From the NCBI GenBank assembly GCA_964517775.1, contig CAZFCP010000008.1, forward strand, positions 23,369-87,368: DNA of 64,000 nt. Direction: 5' to 3'. The first letter of the stretch is position 1. Each line of letters starts with the position of its first letter. A program made the translations under genes and the position numbers. Source of the DNA: an uncultured Candidatus Marinamargulisbacteria bacterium. Lineage in GTDB: Bacteria; Margulisbacteria; Marinamargulisbacteria; SXXA01; JAHFDB01. Below, piece by piece: positions 47,448 to 58,541 of this stretch. The notes below the pieces were generated by a model that was not told where the DNA came from, did no database searches, and worked only from the letters and a program-made list of their open reading frames with translations.

Positions 47448-48330
47448 GTTTTTTTAATTGCTCTAACCCCTCTTTAAAGGAATAACGAGGCTTCCAGTTT
47501 GGCAAAATGGGATAAAACGGAGTGGGATTCATCACCTCGCGAGGTCTGTACGGCAACGCACCAAACTGAATGGGAACGGGTACGTTGTAAACAGTTTCAA
47601 AGGTTTTGACCACATCTTTTAAGGTTAAAAGTTCGGATGCAGACAAACAGAAATGAGAGGATTTTTTAGATAAAGATTGAGTTTCAAGCTGCTGAACAAG
47701 GCTCAAAAAACCAGAGACCACATCATCACTATATAAAAGATTCATCAGCTGCTCGCCGGGGGACATATGTAGCGGTGTGCCTGACAAGGCTGTTTGTTTA
47801 AGAAGCGCTATGATTTTTTTTCGAGTGTCGTTTGGGCCAAAGGTGTCGCAAAGTTCCAGATGTACAAATAACGTAGGCGAAGTTTCCTGATAATACGTAA
47901 TAATCGATTCAAACGCCTGTTTTGAGGCTGCATATAAATTAACGGGATTGTAAACCTCGTGATTAAAATGCTGCCAGAACGTGGAGGTATTAATCATCCA
48001 TGGGCAGTTTAATGTGGTGACAATATCGCAAAGCAGGGTTCCGAATTTAACGTTGGCATCAATCATAGAGGAGATGTTATCGAGGGTATGCGCAGCCATA
48101 AACTGTGTGGCCAGATGAATAACGCCGGCCGGAGTATATTTGGCTACCTGATCCAAGGTTTGATTGGGATCTGAATGAATAATGCCGATACAGCCTTCCG
48201 GCAACTGTCTACATGCCGCTTCAGTGCGTACCAGGGCTACAACGTTAACGCCGTTTTGTATCAAAGACTGTGTTAAAGCCTTCCCTATAAATCCTGTTGC
48301 GCCGGTTAAAAGAATGGTTTTCTGTGTCAT
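47440..48330 (-). CDS. NAD-dependent CDP-sugar 4-reductase (abequose/paratose/ascarylose synthase-like)
   Basis: TGATGFIG, YAASK, DTFGP, GALPYRPRE; directly follows the epimerase in the ddh operon. Confidence 0.8.
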   Translation of the reverse strand: MTQKTILLTGATGFIGKALTQSLIQNGVNVVALVRTEAACRQLPEGCIGIIHSDPNQTLDQVAKYTPAGVIHLATQFMAAHTLDNISSMIDANVKFGTLLCDIVTTLNCPWMINTSTFWQHFNHEVYNPVNLYAASKQAFESIITYYQETSPTLFVHLELCDTFGPNDTRKKIIALLKQTALSGTPLHMSPGEQLMNLLYSDDVVSGFLSLVQQLETQSLSKKSSHFCLSASELLTLKDVVKTFETVYNVPVPIQFGALPYRPREVMNPTPFYPILPNWKPRYSFKEGLEQLKKHE

Positions 48331-48860
48331 AGCTCTAAGGCGTTAAAAGGCGGGAAGGCGTTGTCCCGTTCCGAAATGATGGGATTTGTACTGGGCCATT
48401 GAAATCCAAAAGAATTCCATAAAACTCCCCGTTCGGATTGTGGCGCATAGGGCCCGGATTGAAGGTAAAAAACCTGGGCGTCTGTATCCGATGTGACCGT
48501 GAACCCATGCGAGCAGCCTTCCGGGATATAAACGGCTTTCGGGGTGTCTGAATCCAGTGCAACGGAAAACGTTTTGCCGAAGGTGGCAGAGTCTTTTCTT
48601 AAGTCCAGAATCACATCTAAAATCGAGCCGCTGGTAACCCAGATACATTTTGTCATGGCATGAGGTGCTTTTTGATCGTGCATGCCGCGTAATACCTTGG
48701 GCTTGGACATCGAATAAAAACATTCTGTCCACTGTGTTTCCAATCCCCATTTTTCAAACTGTTCGGCTGAAAATGGTTTGGCAAAAAAGCCTCTGTTGTC
48801 TGCAGCTTTGAAAAAAGGCAGGATGTAAACGCCTTCAATTGGTGTGGTTTTCTTTACCAT
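48327..48860 (-). CDS. RmlC-like NDP-4-keto-sugar (3,)5-epimerase
   Basis: DNRGFF, LRGMHDQ, DLRKDS.TFG, IPEGCSHGF, ISERD. Confidence 0.9.
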   Translation of the reverse strand: MVKKTTPIEGVYILPFFKAADNRGFFAKPFSAEQFEKWGLETQWTECFYSMSKPKVLRGMHDQKAPHAMTKCIWVTSGSILDVILDLRKDSATFGKTFSVALDSDTPKAVYIPEGCSHGFTVTSDTDAQVFYLQSGPYAPQSERGVLWNSFGFQWPSTNPIISERDNAFPPFNALEL

Positions 48861-50191
48861 TCTAGCCTCGTTTTGTTTTGAAAAAAATCGTGAATGGTAG
48901 TGCTGATATAGGTCATTTTTTCATCGGTTAATCCCGGATAAACGCCAAGCCAGAATGTGTTGTTCATCACGGTGTTGGTCTGTTTCAAATCACCAACGAC
49001 TCTGTACTTGCTTGGGTTGTTCCGAATAGGATCAAAAGCAGGGTGACAAAGAATATTTCCAGAGAATAATCCTCTCGTCTGAATGCCTTTGGACTCCAGA
49101 TGCTGAACAATGTCCTGTCGTTTAAACAGGCAGTTTTCTTTTAGCGTAATAATAAACCCGAACCAGGATGGGATGCTGTTTGCCGTAGGTTCCGGCAGAA
49201 TAAGAACGTCTTCATACGGTTTAAAGGTGTCATACAGTTTTTGCCAGTTTTCGCGGCGTTTTTTAACAAATTCAGGAAGTTTTTCAAGCTGGGCAACCCC
49301 AACGGCTGCCTGCATGTCTGTGGCTTTTAAGTTGTAGCCGAAGTGTCTGTAGATATATTTGTGATCATAGCCTTTTGGCAGCGTGCCCAATTCCCATTCA
49401 AAACGTTTTTTACAGCAGTTGTCTTCGCCAGAGCTGCACCAGCAATCACGGCCCCAGTCTCTAAACGATTCTGTTACCCGGGACAGCATGGCGTTTGAGG
49501 TACAAACCGTTCCACCTTCTCCCATCGTAATATGGTGAGCCGGATAAAAGCTGTGTGTAGACATGTCCCCAAAAGATCCGGTTGGTTTTCCGTTGTATAA
49601 CGCTCCAAGCGCGTCGCAGTTGTCTTCAATCATCCATAAACCATGCTGTTTGCAAAAGGCCTGAACAGCACCAATATCAAACGGATTTCCCAAGGTATGG
49701 GCCACAAAAACAGCCCGTGTTCTAGGCGATAATGCAGCTTCAAGCTGTGTTACATCCATATTGTAAGTTGGCAGTGAAATATCCACAAAAACGGGTACGA
49801 ATCCGTTTTGTAAAATAGGAGCAATTGTGGTTGGAAATCCTGCAGCAACCGTGATAATTTCATCGCCTTCAAGTAGCTGCCTGTTTTGAAGTAGTGGAGA
49901 ACTGAGAGCAGAAACAGCCACCAGATTGGCAGACGATCCTGAATTAACCAGTTTCGTAAATTTTACACCTAATACATCCGAGAACTGTTCCTCGAATTGT
50001 TTGGAATAACGGCCGGCTGTCAGCCAGAAATCCAGGCTGGAATCCACCAGATTTACAAGTTCTTTTTCATCAAAAACACGGCCTGCATACGAAATTTTGT
50101 CTCCAGGCGAAAATGGTTTGTCCTGAAAGGCTTCCTGATAATACTGTTCAACAGCTTCTAATATTTTTTTACGAAGATGTTCTGCACTCAT
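48854..50191 (-). CDS. rfbH: CDP-4-keto-6-deoxyglucose 3-dehydratase (E1)
   Basis: SFYPAHHITMGEGG (His in place of the PLP Lys), RDWGRDCWC, YDHKYIY; ATG 50191 overlaps the rfbG stop. Confidence 0.93.
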   Translation of the reverse strand: MSAEHLRKKILEAVEQYYQEAFQDKPFSPGDKISYAGRVFDEKELVNLVDSSLDFWLTAGRYSKQFEEQFSDVLGVKFTKLVNSGSSANLVAVSALSSPLLQNRQLLEGDEIITVAAGFPTTIAPILQNGFVPVFVDISLPTYNMDVTQLEAALSPRTRAVFVAHTLGNPFDIGAVQAFCKQHGLWMIEDNCDALGALYNGKPTGSFGDMSTHSFYPAHHITMGEGGTVCTSNAMLSRVTESFRDWGRDCWCSSGEDNCCKKRFEWELGTLPKGYDHKYIYRHFGYNLKATDMQAAVGVAQLEKLPEFVKKRRENWQKLYDTFKPYEDVLILPEPTANSIPSWFGFIITLKENCLFKRQDIVQHLESKGIQTRGLFSGNILCHPAFDPIRNNPSKYRVVGDLKQTNTVMNNTFWLGVYPGLTDEKMTYISTTIHDFFQNKTRLEW

Positions 50192-51240
50192 AACGATTTT
50201 TTCCAATAAGATTGAAGTTGTTTTTTTGTGAATTCTATCATGTCCTGATGACCGTAATAAGACGAATACCATTGAAACGTCCATTCCAGAGTCGTTTCAA
50301 CGGATAGTTTTGGCGTCCAGTTTAAGCGTGTATGACTTTTTTCAGAGTTCAAGGCCAGGTACGGATTTTCATAAAAAACTGCAGGCTCCATGCGTACGGA
50401 CTGCTCACCCGATTTTCCTAAAACATGTAACGCAAACTCCACAACCTCTTTTACCGTGACGTTAACACGTTCAAGCGGCCCAAAATTCCAGGCTGAGCCG
50501 GTTTCAATATCACCTTCCCAGGTTTTTTGAACCAGATCCACATAGCCCTGCGTAAGATCCAATACATGTTGCCAGGGTCTTACATAAAGTGGATTGCGGA
50601 TAACCAACGGAACTTTTGTATAAACGGCTCTTACAATGTCAGGAACCAGTCGATCTGCGCTCCAATCGCCACCTCCGATAACGTTACCGGCTCTGGCAGA
50701 AATCAGTTTGCAGCTGTGATTTTTGAAAAAAGAATGAAAATAGGAAGCCGTTACAAGTTCCGTACAGCCTTTACTTGCGCTGTAGGGATCGTGTCCACCC
50801 ATGGGATCTGTTTCTACAAAGGCATGGTTTGTACCTGATGGTTCGTAACATTTGTCACTGGATACGATAAGTGCCGTTTTAACCGAAGGCGTTTGACGAA
50901 TCGCTTCCAGAACATGAGCGGTTCCCATCACATTGGTAGAAAACGTCTCCAAAGGATTTGAATAAGACGGTTTTACAAGCGCCTGTGCTGCAAGATGAAA
51001 GACAATATCCGGCTGAATCTTTTTAAACAGATCTGAAACAGTCTGAAAATCCTGAATATCCGCAAAAAAAGTGTGTTGAGGTTCTGTACCTAAAATAGAG
51101 AAAAGGCTAGGAGAGGTTTGAGGTTCAAGCGATATGCCATACACATCAGCCCCACATTCCTTTAGCCATAATGACAGCCAGCTTCCCTTAAATCCTGTAT
51201 GTCCTGTAATTAGAACCCGTTTATTCTTCCAAAACGACAT
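50188..51240 (-). CDS. rfbG: CDP-glucose 4,6-dehydratase
   Basis: FWKNKRVLITGHTGFKGSWL, SSDKCY, YSASK, RPWQHVL; start ATG 51240 (TAATG overlap). Confidence 0.95.
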   Translation of the reverse strand: MSFWKNKRVLITGHTGFKGSWLSLWLKECGADVYGISLEPQTSPSLFSILGTEPQHTFFADIQDFQTVSDLFKKIQPDIVFHLAAQALVKPSYSNPLETFSTNVMGTAHVLEAIRQTPSVKTALIVSSDKCYEPSGTNHAFVETDPMGGHDPYSASKGCTELVTASYFHSFFKNHSCKLISARAGNVIGGGDWSADRLVPDIVRAVYTKVPLVIRNPLYVRPWQHVLDLTQGYVDLVQKTWEGDIETGSAWNFGPLERVNVTVKEVVEFALHVLGKSGEQSVRMEPAVFYENPYLALNSEKSHTRLNWTPKLSVETTLEWTFQWYSSYYGHQDMIEFTKKQLQSYWKKSL

Positions 51241-52010
51241 TACATCCAAACTTTCCAGGGTGCCTGTTGTTTGCTCCATAACTCTTCAAGATGATTTTTA
51301 TCCCGCAACGTATCCATAGGCTGCCAGAACCCACTGTGTTTGTAAGCTGAAAGCTGCCCACGTTCCGCAAGAACTGTCAGAACCTGACTTTCCAGAATAA
51401 TGTCATCGTTGGGGATGTGTTGCAGAATTTTGGGTGAAAATACAAAAAATCCGCCATTAATCCAGTTTCCGTCCCCAAGGGGTTTCTCTACAAATTTAGT
51501 TATTTTTGAACCTGAAAATTCCAAAGCCCCAAAGCGTCCAGGAGGCCGAACGGCTGTAACTGTAGCTTCAGTCTGATTGTCTTTATGATGTTTAAGCAGC
51601 GCGTGAATATCCACATCGGATACGCCATCTCCGTAGGTAAGGCAAAAATCATCGTCGCCCAGATAACTGGCGATTCTGCCGATACGTCCGCCCGTGTTCG
51701 ATTTATCACCCGTATCTACAAGCGTAATCGTCCAGGGTTCGGACTTGCTGTGATGGTAGGTTTTCGTGTTGTTAGCCAGATCAATAGTAAGGTCGCTGGA
51801 ATGAAGAAAATAATTGGCAAAATACTCTTTAATCACATAGCCTTTGTAGCCGAGGCAAATAATAAAATCGGTAATGCCAAAATGAGAGTAATATTTCATG
51901 ATATGCCACAAGATCGGTTTGCCGCCGATTTCAACCATAGGTTTTGGTTTCAAGTGAGATTCTTCACTAATTCGTGTTCCGAGGCCCCCAGCTAAAATAA
52001 CGCATTTCAT
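51240..52010 (-). CDS. rfbF: Glucose-1-phosphate cytidylyltransferase
   Basis: ILAGGLGTRISEE, KPMVEIGG, TYGDG, GFWQPMDTLRD. Confidence 0.96.
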   Translation of the reverse strand: MKCVILAGGLGTRISEESHLKPKPMVEIGGKPILWHIMKYYSHFGITDFIICLGYKGYVIKEYFANYFLHSSDLTIDLANNTKTYHHSKSEPWTITLVDTGDKSNTGGRIGRIASYLGDDDFCLTYGDGVSDVDIHALLKHHKDNQTEATVTAVRPPGRFGALEFSGSKITKFVEKPLGDGNWINGGFFVFSPKILQHIPNDDIILESQVLTVLAERGQLSAYKHSGFWQPMDTLRDKNHLEELWSKQQAPWKVWM

Positions 52011-52090
52011 GGTGTATTTTCCTTTAAAAAACTTCACAAGTGATGCCAGTGCAACGTATACTAACGTAAATTTAAAAAAAAGGACACTTC

Positions 52091-54472
52091 ATGGGCATAC
52101 TTTCATCATTAGTTAAGACAATTTTTGGAGATCCTCACGTTAAAGTTGTAGCGCCGTTTTGGCCTGTTGTTGAGTCAATTAATGCGTTGGAAGCGTCAAT
52201 TCAACCTCTTTCAGACGAACAGCTTGCCGATAAAACAAAAGAATTCCGTCAACGCCTGGCCGACGGTGAAAAACTGGACAATTTATTACCCGAAGCTTTT
52301 GCTGTTGTAAGAGAAGCCTCCCGCCGTGTTTTAAATATGAGACATTTTGATGTTCAGCTGATCGGTGGCATGGTGTTGCATCAAGGTAAAATTTCCGAAA
52401 TGAGAACAGGGGAAGGAAAAACCCTGGTTTCAACACTTCCTGCTTATTTAAATGCGCTTGAAGGTAAAGGTGTTTACGTGGTCACCGTTAACGAATATCT
52501 CGCAAAACGTGACAGCGAATGGATGGGACGTATTTTTAGATTTTTAGGATTAACTGTTGGATTAATTCAATCCTCCATGCCGCCTCAGGATCGTCTGGAA
52601 GCCTATGCCTGCGATATTACCTACGGAACCAATAACGAATTTGGTTTTGATTATTTGAGAGACCACCTTGTGTATGACAGCTCTCAATGCTGCCAGTCTC
52701 GCCGCAATTTTGCGATTATCGATGAGGTGGACAGCATTTTAATTGACGAAGCCCGTACCCCTCTGATTATTTCCGGCCCGGTTAAAGATTCTACCCATAA
52801 ATATGGTCAGGTGGCTGAATCTGTACGTCATCTTAAAGAAGAAGCCGATTTTACCATTGATGAAAAACATAAAAATATTGTGCTGACTGAGCCTGGAATT
52901 GAAAAGCTTGAGTCTCTTTTAAAGGTTGATGATATTTATTCCATCCAAAATATGGAGTGGGCACATATGGCTCTTCAATGTCTAAAAGCCATGTATTTAT
53001 ACCGTAAAGATGTCGATTACGTTGTTAAAGACGATGAAGTGTTAATTGTTGATGAATTTACCGGCCGTATTCTGGACGGAAGACGTTACTCAGATGGATT
53101 ACACCAGGCTATCGAGGCTATGGAAGGTCTATCCATTCGGGAAGAAAGTCAGACTTTAGCGTCTATCACCTTCCAAAACTATTTCAGAATGTTCCCAAAA
53201 CTATCTGGCATGACAGGTACAGCGCTTACGGAAGAAGCTGAATTTGGAAAAATTTATAATTTGGATGTTATCGTTGTCCCAACGCATCGTCCGATGGTAA
53301 GAAAAGATAATCCAGATGTCGTCTACAAGACGAAAGATGAAAAATATAAAGCCGTTGTAAATGATGTGAAAGAGGCTCACGCAAAAGGCCAGCCCGTTCT
53401 GGTAGGTACAATTTCCATCGAAACATCCGAAAAATTATCCAGATATTTAAAAAATGAACAGATTCCCCACAATGTTCTAAATGCAAAATATCACGAAAAA
53501 GAAGCTGAAATCATCTCTCATGCCGGTCAAAAAGGTATGGTGACGATTGCAACCAATATGGCAGGCCGTGGAACTGATATTACCCTTGGCGAAGGCGTTC
53601 CAGAGCTTGGTGGTTTGTACGTGATTGGTACCGAACGTCACGAATCTCGTCGTATTGATAACCAGCTTCGTGGTCGTTCAGGACGACAAGGCGATCCAGG
53701 ATATTCACGGTTTTATGTATCGCTTCAGGATGATCTGATGAAGCTTTTCGGTTCAGACAGAATCGCCAAAGTGATGGAAACGCTGGGTTTGCCGGAAGAT
53801 ACGCCAATCGAACATCCCTTAATCACCCGTTCTATTGAAAAAGCACAAAGCAAAGTAGAAAAATATTATTTCGGCATGAGAAAAAGCATTTTGGAATATG
53901 ATGATGTTATGAACAGACAGCGCGATACGATTTATGCGCTTCGCAGACAACTGATTCAGCCTCAAAGCCTTGACGGAAAAATCAAGGAATTGCTTTCCGA
54001 TTTAATAACCGGACTTGTAGCCATTTCATTTGGCGAACAATCGGTTACTGATCTTGCCGGTCGTTCGGATCTTGCCGAAAGACTTCAGCAGGTTCTGCCT
54101 ATGGAAAATATAGCCGAACTGATCCAATCCTTTAAATCAAAAGAAGCCCTTATTTCCGGCCTAACCGAAGCCTCCTTCGCGATTTATACCGAGAAAAAAG
54201 CTCAATATCCTGACACGATTTTTGAACTGGCTGTTTCCCGTCAGGTGTTATTAACGACATTAGACCGGAAATGGGTAGATCACCTGCATCAAATGGAAGT
54301 GCTTCGTGAGGGGATTGGCCTTCGCGCATACGGCCAGAAAGATCCGTTAATTGAGTACAAAATGGAAGCGTTTGATATGTTTCAGGAACTTCTGATGAGC
54401 ATTTCTATCGAAGCTTTCGAAATGATTTTTAAAGCACATTTAATGATGGAAACCACAGCGGAGGATTCATAA
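52091..54472 (+). CDS. secA: Preprotein translocase ATPase SecA (compact, 793 aa)
   Basis: [63 protein letters not shown]. Confidence 0.97.
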   Translation: MGILSSLVKTIFGDPHVKVVAPFWPVVESINALEASIQPLSDEQLADKTKEFRQRLADGEKLDNLLPEAFAVVREASRRVLNMRHFDVQLIGGMVLHQGKISEMRTGEGKTLVSTLPAYLNALEGKGVYVVTVNEYLAKRDSEWMGRIFRFLGLTVGLIQSSMPPQDRLEAYACDITYGTNNEFGFDYLRDHLVYDSSQCCQSRRNFAIIDEVDSILIDEARTPLIISGPVKDSTHKYGQVAESVRHLKEEADFTIDEKHKNIVLTEPGIEKLESLLKVDDIYSIQNMEWAHMALQCLKAMYLYRKDVDYVVKDDEVLIVDEFTGRILDGRRYSDGLHQAIEAMEGLSIREESQTLASITFQNYFRMFPKLSGMTGTALTEEAEFGKIYNLDVIVVPTHRPMVRKDNPDVVYKTKDEKYKAVVNDVKEAHAKGQPVLVGTISIETSEKLSRYLKNEQIPHNVLNAKYHEKEAEIISHAGQKGMVTIATNMAGRGTDITLGEGVPELGGLYVIGTERHESRRIDNQLRGRSGRQGDPGYSRFYVSLQDDLMKLFGSDRIAKVMETLGLPEDTPIEHPLITRSIEKAQSKVEKYYFGMRKSILEYDDVMNRQRDTIYALRRQLIQPQSLDGKIKELLSDLITGLVAISFGEQSVTDLAGRSDLAERLQQVLPMENIAELIQSFKSKEALISGLTEASFAIYTEKKAQYPDTIFELAVSRQVLLTTLDRKWVDHLHQMEVLREGIGLRAYGQKDPLIEYKMEAFDMFQELLMSISIEAFEMIFKAHLMMETTAEDS

Positions 54473-55583
54473 ATGGCTGATTTTACCAAAGATTTTTCAC
54501 TCTACAGACAAAAATTATCCGATCTGGGAGACTATCTTTGAAATCTCCAGCTTAAAGGAAAAAATCAGACAGCTGGAGGCCGATGTCAGTCAGGACAGTT
54601 TTTGGGATCAAAATACCCAAATTCAAGACATCTTTTCTCAATTAAATCGTTATAAAAGTTCCGTGCAGCATTTTCAGGATCTTGATAAAAAAGCTCAGGA
54701 TATTCAAGCTTATTTAGAACTTCTGGACGATCATTCCGATCCCGATCTTGAAAAAGAGGCGGCCTCCGAATGGACACAGTTTCAAAAAAAAGTGGATGCT
54801 CTGGAAACCCAATCCCTGTTATCTGGCCCCTATGATAATTTAAATTGCTTTTTTAGCTTAAATTCCGGTGCCGGTGGAACAGATGCTCAGGACTGGACCG
54901 AAATCCTGCTCAGACTCTACACTCGCTGGTTCGAATCCAAAGGGTTTTCCGTGGAAATGATCGACCAAACCCCCGGAGACGAAGCCGGTTTAAAATCCAC
55001 CACCTTTTTAGTCAAAGGCGAGTTTGCCTACGGACTGTTAAAAAACGAAATCGGAGTTCACCGTTTGGTACGGATTTCCCCCTTTAATGCCAATGGAAAG
55101 CGTCAAACCTCTTTTGCGGCTGTGGACGTTATTCCCGATTTCCAACATGAAAAAATTGAACTTGATATCGATCCCAAAGATTTACGTGTAGACACGTTCA
55201 GATCCAGCGGAGCCGGTGGCCAACACGTCAATAAAACCGATTCTGCTGTACGTATCACCCATATTCCAACCGGAACCGTGGCACAGTCCCAGCATAGCCG
55301 ATCCCAAATTTCCAACCGTGAAACCGCGTTAACCTTGTTGAAAAGCCGCCTGATGCAGCGTTTGATCCAGGAACAAAAACAGCAGGTTACCGACCTCCGG
55401 GGCGACATCACCGATAACTCCTGGGGCAATCAAATTCGCTCTTACGTTTTTCATCCCTATAAACTGGTCAAAGATTTACGTACCGAACTTGAAAAAACCG
55501 ACCTCCAGGCTGTGTTGGACGGCGATATGCTGGATGATTTTATTCAGGCGCATTTGTTATTAAATCGGCAAAAAAATCAATGA
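54473..55583 (+). CDS. prfB: Peptide chain release factor 2 with programmed +1 frameshift
   Basis: 22-codon leader from ATG 54473 ends CTT TGA (54536-54541); the +1 frame from 54540 is open into the RF2 body with SPF and GGQ motifs. Confidence 0.96.
54526..54542 (+). promoter_or_regulatory. prfB frameshift cassette (internal SD GGGAG + CTT TGA A)
   Basis: GGGAG at 54526-54530, then ACTAT CTT TGA A. Confidence 0.92.
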
Positions 55584-57412
55584 ACCGTCTGGCTCTATTT
55601 TTAGGGAGTTTCGTTATCGGTCTGGCCTTTATTTTGGGCTGTTTTTTTGCGGCCCATCGTCTTGATTTTGAGGCCCATCAGTCTTCCCTTGAGGTGGCTA
55701 TTCCGTTTAAAGATGTTCAACGGCTGGGTGCTTCCGATTTTCCTGCTGGGGTTTTGAACCGATTAAAAACGGAAACAGGGTTTACCTCGATTATTGTAGA
55801 TGAAAGCACTTTGGAAGACTGGACGAACTCCGCCAGGGCCGTTTTGCTCACCCCGGATCAACTCGTCTCACTTGGATCAGACAAGCCGCTTAATGCTCGC
55901 CATGTTTTTATCCGGTTATCTGAATCGGATCATCAACAATGTCTGTCTATTTTAAAACAATATCCAGCTTATTCTGTTACCGAACGACCAGGTCATATTT
56001 TGGAAATTGCCGCCGAATGGGATGATATTAAACAGTTAGGCCTTGGTTTCGATCAACAGCTTATTCATACCCTTAAACAAAGCGGCTGGGCTGTTATTCC
56101 TCGTTTAAAACCAGGAAGTCCTGTAACTCGTTTGCACATATTTGATAGCCCACAAACTGTATTATTTGAAGGCTCTTCCATTGCAGCCTCTACTCCGTTA
56201 GATCAAACTCTATCGTTTTTAAAAGAGACCCAACACTATTGGGGCTGGATAGAATTTGCAGAACAAACGGGATCTAAAACTCTGGCTAAACATCTCCCTT
56301 TGCAAACCCGACGTGTCCACAGTATTTCCGAGCCTGAATTGCTAAAAATGACCCCTCAAAAAGCCATCCAACGTTATATCAGAGCCGTAAAAGAACGAAA
56401 AATATCCATTATCGTGGTTCATCCGTTTTGGTTTTTACCGTCTATCGAAGGAACTTTAACTCAAAATCTATCGTATTTTAAAACCTTATTACAGGCTTTG
56501 CGTGATAATGATTTAACGGCAAATCCTTCCGTAAAATGGTCATTGTTTGCATCCGTTCGGCCTTGGCAGCTTGGTGTTTTTGCTGCGGTCTTAAGTATTT
56601 TAAGTAGCCTGTTAACGGTCTGTTATGGAAGAAAATCCGGTGTTTTAGATATGATTTTTCCCGTTATATCAGCTGTGATTGTTGTGGCGGCATCTGTTTT
56701 GGGTTGGATGACTCTTACTCAACAAGCGTTGTTGTTTTGGGTAATGCTCATCATCCCGACTTTATCTGTAGTTGCAGCACTTTCCTTGTCCGGTTGGAAA
56801 AGATGGAGCGTTCCTTTTGCCGTTCTGATCTTGGGAATTGTGACCGTTACCGGCATAACCTCAACGCCTGATTTTTACCTGGGAATTGCAACCGCTGTCG
56901 GCATCAAGGCCGGATTTATACTCCCTTTACTGTTGGTTGGTCTGTTTACTCTCACAAAGAAAGAAAAATCAATAGGGGAGATTTTAAAACATATAGCCGA
57001 ATCTCAAGTTCGATTATGGTGGATTTTATTGGCCGGACTTCTGGTTGGCATGGTTGGCCTGTACCTTCTTCGCAGCGGCAACGGAACCTCTTTTGTGTCA
57101 GAAACGGAACTTCTCCTTCGATCCAGGCTGGATGTTATTTTTGGGGTTAGACCACGGACAAAAGAATTGATAGGATATAGTTTCTTTTGTTGGGCTTTAA
57201 TGTGTCCTGCTTTAGATCAAAAAAGGGTCTGGTCTTGGCTTTTGCCGGTTTTTGGAACCATTCCTTTTGTTTCAGTGCTGAATTCTTTTTTACATACACA
57301 TACGCCTTTGTTGTTATCTCTCCATCGTTCGATTTTAGGACTTGTATGTGGCGTATTTGTCTGGAAAATAAGCGATATTTTATGGTGGAGTTGGAAGAAG
57401 ATCTATGGATAA
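55580..57412 (+). CDS. DUF5693-like membrane protein
   Basis: AAHRLDFE...EV, GWIEFAEQ.G, RVHSI, RAVKERKI, GIKAGF..P, RPRTKE, NSFLHTHTP match my recollection of DUF5693. Confidence 0.75.
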   Translation: MNRLALFLGSFVIGLAFILGCFFAAHRLDFEAHQSSLEVAIPFKDVQRLGASDFPAGVLNRLKTETGFTSIIVDESTLEDWTNSARAVLLTPDQLVSLGSDKPLNARHVFIRLSESDHQQCLSILKQYPAYSVTERPGHILEIAAEWDDIKQLGLGFDQQLIHTLKQSGWAVIPRLKPGSPVTRLHIFDSPQTVLFEGSSIAASTPLDQTLSFLKETQHYWGWIEFAEQTGSKTLAKHLPLQTRRVHSISEPELLKMTPQKAIQRYIRAVKERKISIIVVHPFWFLPSIEGTLTQNLSYFKTLLQALRDNDLTANPSVKWSLFASVRPWQLGVFAAVLSILSSLLTVCYGRKSGVLDMIFPVISAVIVVAASVLGWMTLTQQALLFWVMLIIPTLSVVAALSLSGWKRWSVPFAVLILGIVTVTGITSTPDFYLGIATAVGIKAGFILPLLLVGLFTLTKKEKSIGEILKHIAESQVRLWWILLAGLLVGMVGLYLLRSGNGTSFVSETELLLRSRLDVIFGVRPRTKELIGYSFFCWALMCPALDQKRVWSWLLPVFGTIPFVSVLNSFLHTHTPLLLSLHRSILGLVCGVFVWKISDILWWSWKKIYG

Positions 57413-58109
57413 TCTAGTTGAACTAGAATCAAAAATGGGTGTTGTATTTAAAGATAAACTGCTGTTGCGGACGGCGCTAACACACAGCTCGTATGCCAAG
57501 CAGAAAGCCAACCGTTTTCTGGTTCAGGACAATGAGCGTCTGGAGTTTTTAGGCGATGCGGTTCTAAAACTTTTGGCGTCCCGATATCTGTTTAAACGTT
57601 ACCCTCGTTATCTGGAAGGTCAACTTACAAAAATCAGAGCCAAATTGGTTTCCGATAAAAATTTATACAAACTGGCCCTGCAGCTGGATCTTGGCAAATA
57701 TATTTTATTTTCTTTTGGTGAAAAAAACACAGGTGGTGCTGAAAAAATCTCCAACCTGGCCAACGCATTTGAGGCTGTTTTAGGTGCCTGTTATCTGGAT
57801 CAGGGCATTGATGCTGTGCAACAGTTTTTTGAAACCTTAATTGATAAAAACCTGGATGATTTTTTATCCGAAGAGCAGCTTGGCGATTACAAAACACAGC
57901 TTCAGGAATTTTTTCAACGTAAAAAAATGCCGCTTCCCATTTATACGGTTACCCATATCGAAGGCCCTGATCATCAAAAAATATTCTACATTAAAGTGAC
58001 GATTGAATATAAAGGTGAAGGTCAGGATTTTTTCGGCACCGGCCATTCCAAAAAAGAAGGTGAGCAGTCTGCTGCTAAATCAGCTTTGGAAGCATTAAAT
58101 CAAAAATAA
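57405..58109 (+). CDS. rnc: Ribonuclease III
   Basis: NERLEFLGDAVL, ANAFEAVLGACYLD, dsRBD (DYKTQLQE, EGPDHQK, KKEGEQSAA). Confidence 0.97.
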   Translation: MDNLVELESKMGVVFKDKLLLRTALTHSSYAKQKANRFLVQDNERLEFLGDAVLKLLASRYLFKRYPRYLEGQLTKIRAKLVSDKNLYKLALQLDLGKYILFSFGEKNTGGAEKISNLANAFEAVLGACYLDQGIDAVQQFFETLIDKNLDDFLSEEQLGDYKTQLQEFFQRKKMPLPIYTVTHIEGPDHQKIFYIKVTIEYKGEGQDFFGTGHSKKEGEQSAAKSALEALNQK

Positions 58110-58127
58110 ACAGTAAAGGATTTTAAG

Positions 58128-58541
58128 ATGGATTTGGAACAGATTTTTTTAAAACAGATGGAATTGAATCAGAAAATTAACCCTGATTTTTATAACGATT
58201 TAAAGGACCCCGAAATTCGCAGACAACGCTTTATGCAGTTTGATTTGGCCTTAAAACAGGAGTCGGCGGAAGCCATAGACAGCCTCAGCTGGAAATGGTG
58301 GAAAAAAATGGATGACGATTGGGATAACGTTAAAATTGAGTTGGTGGATATGCTGCATTTTTGGGTATCCATGTGTACGATTGCCGGGCTAACCGCTCAG
58401 GATGTTGTAGAGCTTTATTTTAAGAAAAACCAGCTGAACCACAAACGTCAGGACGAGGGTTACAAAGAAGGAACCTACCAAAAAGTTCAGGACGGTGTGG
58501 AAGATAACCGGTTGTTATTGACGAAGGACAGTCATGAATAG
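58128..58541 (+). CDS. Dimeric (all-alpha) dUTPase
   Basis: ESAEAIDSLSWKWWK, ELVDMLHF, YFKKNQLNHKRQDEGY. Confidence 0.9.
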   Translation: MDLEQIFLKQMELNQKINPDFYNDLKDPEIRRQRFMQFDLALKQESAEAIDSLSWKWWKKMDDDWDNVKIELVDMLHFWVSMCTIAGLTAQDVVELYFKKNQLNHKRQDEGYKEGTYQKVQDGVEDNRLLLTKDSHE

